This document shows, piece after piece, positions 57,804 through 64,000 of a DNA stretch of 64,000 bases (position 1 is the first letter of the stretch; every line of letters starts with the position of its first letter). The notes beneath the pieces are model-generated. The model did not search any database and was not told the origin of the DNA. It was given only the letters and a program-made list of their open reading frames with translations. This DNA comes from Heterodontus francisci (Eukaryota): contig NC_090377.1 in assembly GCF_036365525.1 (NCBI RefSeq), positions 32,704,201-32,768,200 on the forward strand. Reading direction: 5' to 3'. The translations under genes and the position numbers were made by a program.

Positions 57804-60800
57804 GTGGATATGAGGCTTGCAACCATGCTAAGCCTGTGAGGGTGAAGTGAAGCTATGAATGCTGTATATGAGTCATAGTTGATAGAGATTGTTGGAAGGT
57901 GAATGATGGGGGTGTGATGCATTGAGCAGTGTGTGAGGCTAGTGGTGCAGTTGGTGGGATCTGGCATTTCAAGATGCATTCACTGACCTTGACTATTTGT
58001 GTGAAGTCACTGAACTTCTTGCAGCAATTGCATCCAGGTCCTGGGGCTAAACTCTGGCATTGACTGGCATGGCTATCTGCTCCCATTGCCTTTGTGTACA
58101 CTTTGTCTTCAGGGCCTTGTGGCTTCCTGTGGATAAAGGAACTCTCTTCTGTCAACCTCTTCCATCAAGGCATCCAGTGCAGTGTCGGAGAATCTTGGAG
58201 TGTGCTCTCTGCCCTTTTGTACCATAATTCAGTGTTCTTCTTGCTTATACTCTTTTAATGCACTTCCTTTTTAAGAGGTGCAGGTTGGCTTTAAGTGGTG
58301 CTAGCACAAGTTTGGGCCCCCTGGTGGGCCATACAGCCACTCATCAGCATGTTTAGCACTGGCTGCATGCAGCTTTCATTGCAAATCAGAAGTTTGCACG
58401 CTGCCTGCATCGGAAGCAATGGGTGCAAGTTAATTATGTATTGCGATACCTGCACCCATTTACAGGCCCTGTCCAACTTTGTGGCCCTCAAGATAGAGAA
58501 TATAATTTTAAAAAATCAACATGGATTTCTAAAAGGAATGTAATGTTTAACCAACCTTACTGAATTCTTTGAAGAATTAACAGAATGCATAGAGAAGAAC
58601 AATGCCAGGTATGGGGAATGCATGAACTTTCAGAAAGTCTTCATTAACAGGGTAGAAAAAAAAACTTGGAACGAAGGTCAGGGCATATGGAGCCAGGGTT
58701 CAAGTAGCAGAATGGACTGCAATATGGTTACAAGGCAGCAAATAGAGGGTGGGAGTTAAGGGAAGTTTCTCAAACTGCCAGAAAGTGCGAAGTGATGTCT
58801 TGCAGGGGTATTCATCATATGCATAAATGATTTGGACTTAGACATTGGAGGTATGGCATCTAAATGGGCAGATTATACCAAATTGAAAAAGGTTTACCTA
58901 GATGTTGCCAGAACTGAGAGGGTGCAACTATGAGGAAAAATTGAGCAGTTGGGCTAAAATTACAAATCTCCAGGAGGAGATATAATAGAGATCGTTAACA
59001 TTATGAAGAGTCAATTTGGAGAATTTGGGGAAGTACATTCCACCTATGGATGACTCCAGAACAAGAAGAATAACTTTATCATAGCCACTAACAAATCAAA
59101 TAAAGAATTTAGGTGGAATTTCTTTACATAGAGACAAGAATATGGAACTTGCTGCCACATATAGTGGTTGAAACAGATAGCATCGCTGCATTTAAGAGAA
59201 GGCTAGATGCATAAATGAGGGAAAAGGAGATAAAAGGATATGGGGGCAGGATAAGCAGGGGTATTTAGAGTGAGAGGAAGCTTATGTCGAGTATAAACAC
59301 TGGCATTGACCAGTTGTGCAGAATGGCCCATTTATGTGCTGTAGGTTCTATGTAATTCTGTGTAATTCTATGTAGGTATATTAGCTGATTAGGGCATGTT
59401 AAAGAATCATTTTTGCAGATGTGTTGTGATGGACTGTTTCTTATTCTCACCAACGAAAATGCATTCCCAAGAATTGCACATTTTCATGTCTTTTTTCACA
59501 ATCATAAATTTCAGTGAAAGAAAAAGGCTATTTTTTCTGAACAGAGGAAAATATGGCCCTACATTTCTGATTGTATGAAAGCATCAGGGGAAATTAAAAA
59601 AAAAACTCCCCTTGGTGTGAGATCAAGCTGCCTTTTAATCTACACTAATATCCAGAATCTATCTGGACTGAAAACTATGACCAGAGGGGTGAGTTTTAAT
59701 ATCAGTATGATGTCAGTATGTGGGGACTGTTACACTGCCAGACTCTCTCCATAGAGGAGACCATGTTGGATTGACTCCAGTATCAATTAAGCAATATAAA
59801 TGAGGTACTAGAAACCTCTGAATTTCAAACATGGATAATTGGAATTCATCCAACAAGCAAGTGGGAACTAAAAGAATTACTTATATAGTGTTAATGGGCC
59901 AGCAATAAAAATATTCCTGTCTTATCATACTAATGTTTTCAGCTTTATTCCCCCTAATACACATACCAATTGCAGTGCATGACATGGTGCTGGATTGTTA
60001 AGGACACATTTGGTTTGTTGCATTAATCAAGCAGGCAGTGGACATTACAATTGCAGCAGTTAAAGGCCCCAACCGCCTTGGGGCTCATGAGCATGCAGTC
60101 AGTGAGCTGGTTGGGTAGGGTGGAAAAATGGCTGGTTCCTATGCCAAGCTCAATGATAGTACATACCTGGGAGGAAAGAGGGAGGCCATCTACAAAGGTG
60201 CTGGGGGAGTGGAGGTGACAGTAACTTTCAGGGACTGGAAGTGGGTTAAAGAGTTTTTATGGGGCCGGGAGGAGCACACCTTGCCCATTGATACAGGAAA
60301 ATCACATTAGGCTGCTGCACGGAGTGTTAGCCTCCTGTTTTGAGACCTACTTAAAAATCAAGTCAGGCGGGCCTGGAATGGAAAGTGGGTGGCAAATCTT
60401 TTCTAAATTTCTGTTTGACAAATGCCCTGTTTTCCAGCGAGAAGAGAAACAAAGCTACCAGTCCATGCAACACTAATATGGTGATAAAAGAGTGTTCTGA
60501 AATTACAAAACTTTCCGTTGCATGTGTAAACATTATTAAATATATTACTCAAAGTGCAAGTCTACTTTTTGTTGAATTTCCATTTTAGATTTGCAGGGTT
60601 ACAATTAGCCCCATGTAATGCAAATGATATTGAGGTGACCTGAGGTGCAAATGAAAAACATTGGAAAAAGCCAGACATGAGATAAACATCTCTTTGCCAC
60701 AATGCTGTTCATAAAGTAACCATTTACATTTGAGCATTTTCTGTACTATGTATTGTAGTGTAACAGTGTATAATATGTCCAGAGGTGCTGAAATACAAAA

Positions 60801-62879
60801 GTATCTTTCAACTTCATTATACAGATCAGATTTGCATATCTATCAGTGAATTGCTGGATTGCAGCTGAAAAGGTTTCCAGCTGTGTGAAAGTCAACATGA
60901 ACAAACACTTGCTATGTTGACAACAGAATATGAGCATTTATACTTTAATAATATTGCAGTGTTCCTGTCAGTTACAGCTTGGCTCCTGATTAATCAAAAG
61001 TTGACTCTGTACCAGTCTGTAATCTCAGTGTAATTTTGTTCTTCTGTCGTAAAATACTGGATTGGTTCACCTAATTCTCATATTGTTTGCTTTTATGGGG
61101 CTCATTTTATCGTGCAGTGCAATGTATTTCATTCCTCTGCTTTGCAGTGCTTACTGACGTGTAATTACAACTTGTCTTAGCCCTAAGAGTGAGTACTAGG
61201 CAAAAAAAAAATCCAAAGGAGCACTTGATTTATGACCTATAATATTATGTCAAACACCTAATCTGCCTACCTTTGCTTCGGGCTAACACAAAGTCGAACA
61301 TGCTTATGATTAGCAGTGGACTAAGATGTACAAGATTAAGTCTCTGACAGCCAAAAAGTATTTACCCGGGGTTAACTAAGATGCTTTTGCACTGAGAAGG
61401 AGTGATAGTACGTGATCCCCCATTGCACCAATTCACACTTGTGTTATTAACTTTCACTCCAAAGGTATTCACAGTTTTCATTATTTTCAATAGGAATTCA
61501 CTCACTGTTTGTAATCTGAATCCTGTGACTGGCAGGGAGGTGGACTAAAGATCAGAACAATATCAGTTGTTCTTCCCTGGCATATTTTATGTTTTGTGTT
61601 AACATAACTTTTAACATTCCCACAATTAAAATTCCTGAATTTATCTCTGTCTTAAAACTTACTCCCAAAGGTATGTAGCTCTCAACCTTTTCTTTATCAA
61701 TCTACATGTGAAACATTGCATTGCTTAAGGATTAATGAGTTGTTCCTGCATGTGCCTTCCATTAACTACATTTGTAGCTGTCTTTCCTTTAATTTCATAG
61801 GGTTCTTGTAAACAATGAGCATCTGATAAAATATGCATCAGAATCATGGGGGTTAAATCATCACAAATTGATCAAAACAGATCAGATCGGTGAGGACAGG
61901 AAACCAGCAAACCATATACTTTATGTTGGAGGTTCTTGCCTCATTGCTGGATGTGTCTTCCCTCCTTGTGCTGTACAATTGCAAGCTATGAGATGACCAA
62001 TGCTATCATGTACGGAGTAGCCTAAAGGCAAACAGATTATAATATCAACTGATCTTTCTTTACTTTAACTGCAGAACTGTCAACTTAGTTATATTATCTT
62101 CTGCTCCTGCCACTGTAACAGTTGCACTGTGTCTATGCTTGTGTGTATCTGTACAGTTATTCAGCGGCCGAGGTTGTTGAGGAGGTAAGAAACCTAAGAT
62201 GCATATTGGTGCATCAGTGGGCTACATTTAGCAACGAAAATAGTTTGAGCCTGAATGCCTTACACAGTGAGATCCCAATCATATCTGTGCTGCCAGGGTG
62301 AAGAAACAGAAGGGACGTGGATGCTTAAGGATAAAAAGGGAGAGAAAATCAAAGTGTATGAACCACATACTATGCGTTTATTGTGATTAGAGCCTGGGAA
62401 ACTAAAAACTTTGCCTGAAATCCACACAAAATGTTTCTCGAGGCTGAAACGTTTGGGACTTCATTTTAATTTGTTGTGAAATGTATGATGGTTATTTGCA
62501 AATATTTAAATATATCTGGTGTACACACAGTCAGAAATTAGTATTTGTGCTCATATTTGCAAGCCCATGGCCATCTTTGTGTAATTGCTTATATTAATTG
62601 TATGATATTAGCAGCCAATTTGCCCATTGCTTTCAATCTTCTATTACAATTTCATAAGCAAATTCACCAGCTGAAATCAGGTATGAGAAACAAAAATGCT
62701 GCACATTACAAGAAGATGGATTTCCTCTTGCATGTTAGAAAGGCAGAATAAGAGTAAAAACTCAGTCATTGTAGATGTGCTTTCATGCTATGTGACTGCA
62801 TCAGTTCTGAATATATGTTCCTGACCTGACAACCAATGTCTGAAAAGATTTCAGTTGTTAAAGTAAACAGTTCTCGACC

Positions 62880-63165
62880 TCTGTCAGGAGTTGAGAGCTG
62901 ATTTAGAAACAGCCTTGCCAGTAGCAGTGAAGGTGACAGCTGCTCTTACCTTCTATGCTTCTGGCACATTTCAGGGCCCTGCAGGTGATAGCACAGACCT
63001 CAGCTAGTCCACCATATCTAATTGTGTAAGCCAGGTGACAGCTGCTTTGCTTAGGGTGGCAGATCACCATATTTGTTTTCCAAACCCATCTGTTTGCTAA
63101 TTTCATGGAATCCTGTCACAAATATGTTCATTCTGTCCCAGTTTGTCACTTCCCAGGTGCTTTGA
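62880..63165 (+). pseudogene. Harbinger transposase relic E
   Basis: ALPVAVKVTAALTFYASGTFQGPAGD..LS*STISNCVSQVT. Confidence 0.8.
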
Positions 63166-63224
63166 GACAGACAACAGGTTGCAGAGTTGGCTATTGGGCA
63201 AATCCATCCTCTCACGTAGGAAGA

Positions 63225-63465
63225 GAAAAAGAAAGACTTGCATTTATATAGCGTTTTTCACAGCCACCAGGCATCACAAAGCGCTTTACTGCCAATGAAG
63301 TATCTTTGAAATGTAGTCATTGTTGGAACATAGGAAAGGCGGCAGCCAATTCACACACAGAAAACTCCCACTATCAGCAATGTGATAATGATCAGATGAT
63401 CTATTTTTGTGATGCTGACTGAGGGATAATTATTGGCCAGGACACCAGGGAAAACTTCCCTGCAT
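63225..63465 (-). mobile_element. Deu-type SINE 3' part with an L2-like tail
   Basis: gaaagacttgcatttatatagcg...caaagcgctttac...gcagccaatt...aatgatcagat; similar to 49985-50780. Confidence 0.65.
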
Positions 63466-63674
63466 GTTGAGTTTCTTGCATTTTTGATTTTTGTACCAAT
63501 GATAAGGAATGTAGATTGAAACTTATACTCATGCACATGAAAATTATAACAAGGTACATAGCACAATTGAGAAAATAATTAAATTGTTCCCTTTTCTCAC
63601 TTACGGTCTCTTGCAGTCTCCTCGCTCAATTATTGGAGCAGTTGAATAGATGTGTTAAGGTATTTGCCATCACT

Positions 63675-63830
63675 TTGTCAGCTACGCACAGTTGGCAGCA
63701 TTCTCACCGCCAAGTCAGAACACTATAGCTTCAAACTGCACTCCAGGGCTAGAGCCCACAGTCTAGGCCGACAATCCAATGCAACACTGAGGCAATGCTG
63801 CAATGTTTGATAAGATGTTGGAACCAAAGC
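63675..63830 (+). mobile_element. Decayed tRNA-like SINE head (Deu-type)
   Basis: gtcagctacgcacagttggcagcattctc...agtcagaa...ttcaaact...cactgaggcaatgctgca, a degenerate A/B-box pattern. Confidence 0.45.
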
Positions 63831-64000
63831 TGCAATGGCCATTCAGGAAGCTTTTAAAGAGGAAATACCTCACTGTGGAGGCATAGAAAAGGGGTATCTG
63901 TCCTGTTGCAAACTGACCTCAAGATATCCTCTCAAATCCAATAACTCAAGAATAAAGAAACTTCTCAACATTATATCACTAAGTTGTTTTAGTGTACACA

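Larger units (their letters stand above)
52300..58487 (+). mobile_element. Harbinger element C: transposase relic (+, ~52740-53800) and convergent spliced Myb/SANT-like gene relic (-, ~54000-58240)
   Basis: LPVAVKVT, QGLS, TIGILKQCF, CCMLHNF on the + strand. PRFSDTALDALMEEV...WEQIA...CKKFSDFTQIVK on the - strand at 58000-58230. Ends approximate. Confidence 0.8.
52075..59360 (+). mobile_element. Old, diverged CR1 split by Harbinger C (pieces ~52075-52270 and ~58490-59360)
   Basis: VPDDW*TANAISIFKK..GNY..LTSVV at left continues as NIILKNQHGFLKG..LTNLTEFFEE at right. Confidence 0.75.

Noticed and set aside
1-64000. CRISPR arrays, operons, rRNA or other prokaryotic systems
   Set aside because: No regularly spaced repeats or prokaryotic gene organisation; the content is vertebrate-type repeats.

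Overview
This is eukaryotic DNA, dense in repeats, and it looks like cartilaginous-fish (shark-like) sequence, judged from its V-SINE/HE1-type, Deu-type SINE and CR1 repertoire. It contains no intact host gene that I can support. Most of the window is nested transposable elements: many CR1 LINEs (SGNH-esterase ORF1, APE+RT ORF2), L2 and RTE fragments, three SINE types, at least five decayed PIF/Harbinger DNA transposons and GC-rich MITEs. The only intact long ORF (33709-36459, 916 aa) belongs to a complete, apparently very young Penelope-like retroelement. That element has RT, a Cys-rich linker and a GIY-YIG endonuclease, is bounded by apparently identical pseudo-LTRs that each carry a minimal hammerhead-ribozyme motif, and has a ~12-bp target-site duplication (TSD). 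Five further partial copies of the family occur, two of them short fold-back insertions centred on the hammerhead. The most unusual observations are: a 1.36-kb foreign genomic block ending in a CR1 tail inserted inside a young Penelope copy (candidate transduction); an element joining a tRNA-type SINE head to a LINE RT and their shared tail; and weak, scattered cadherin-like remnants that may be a decayed CDHR3/4-like gene. All family assignments come from motif recognition by eye; no database search was run.
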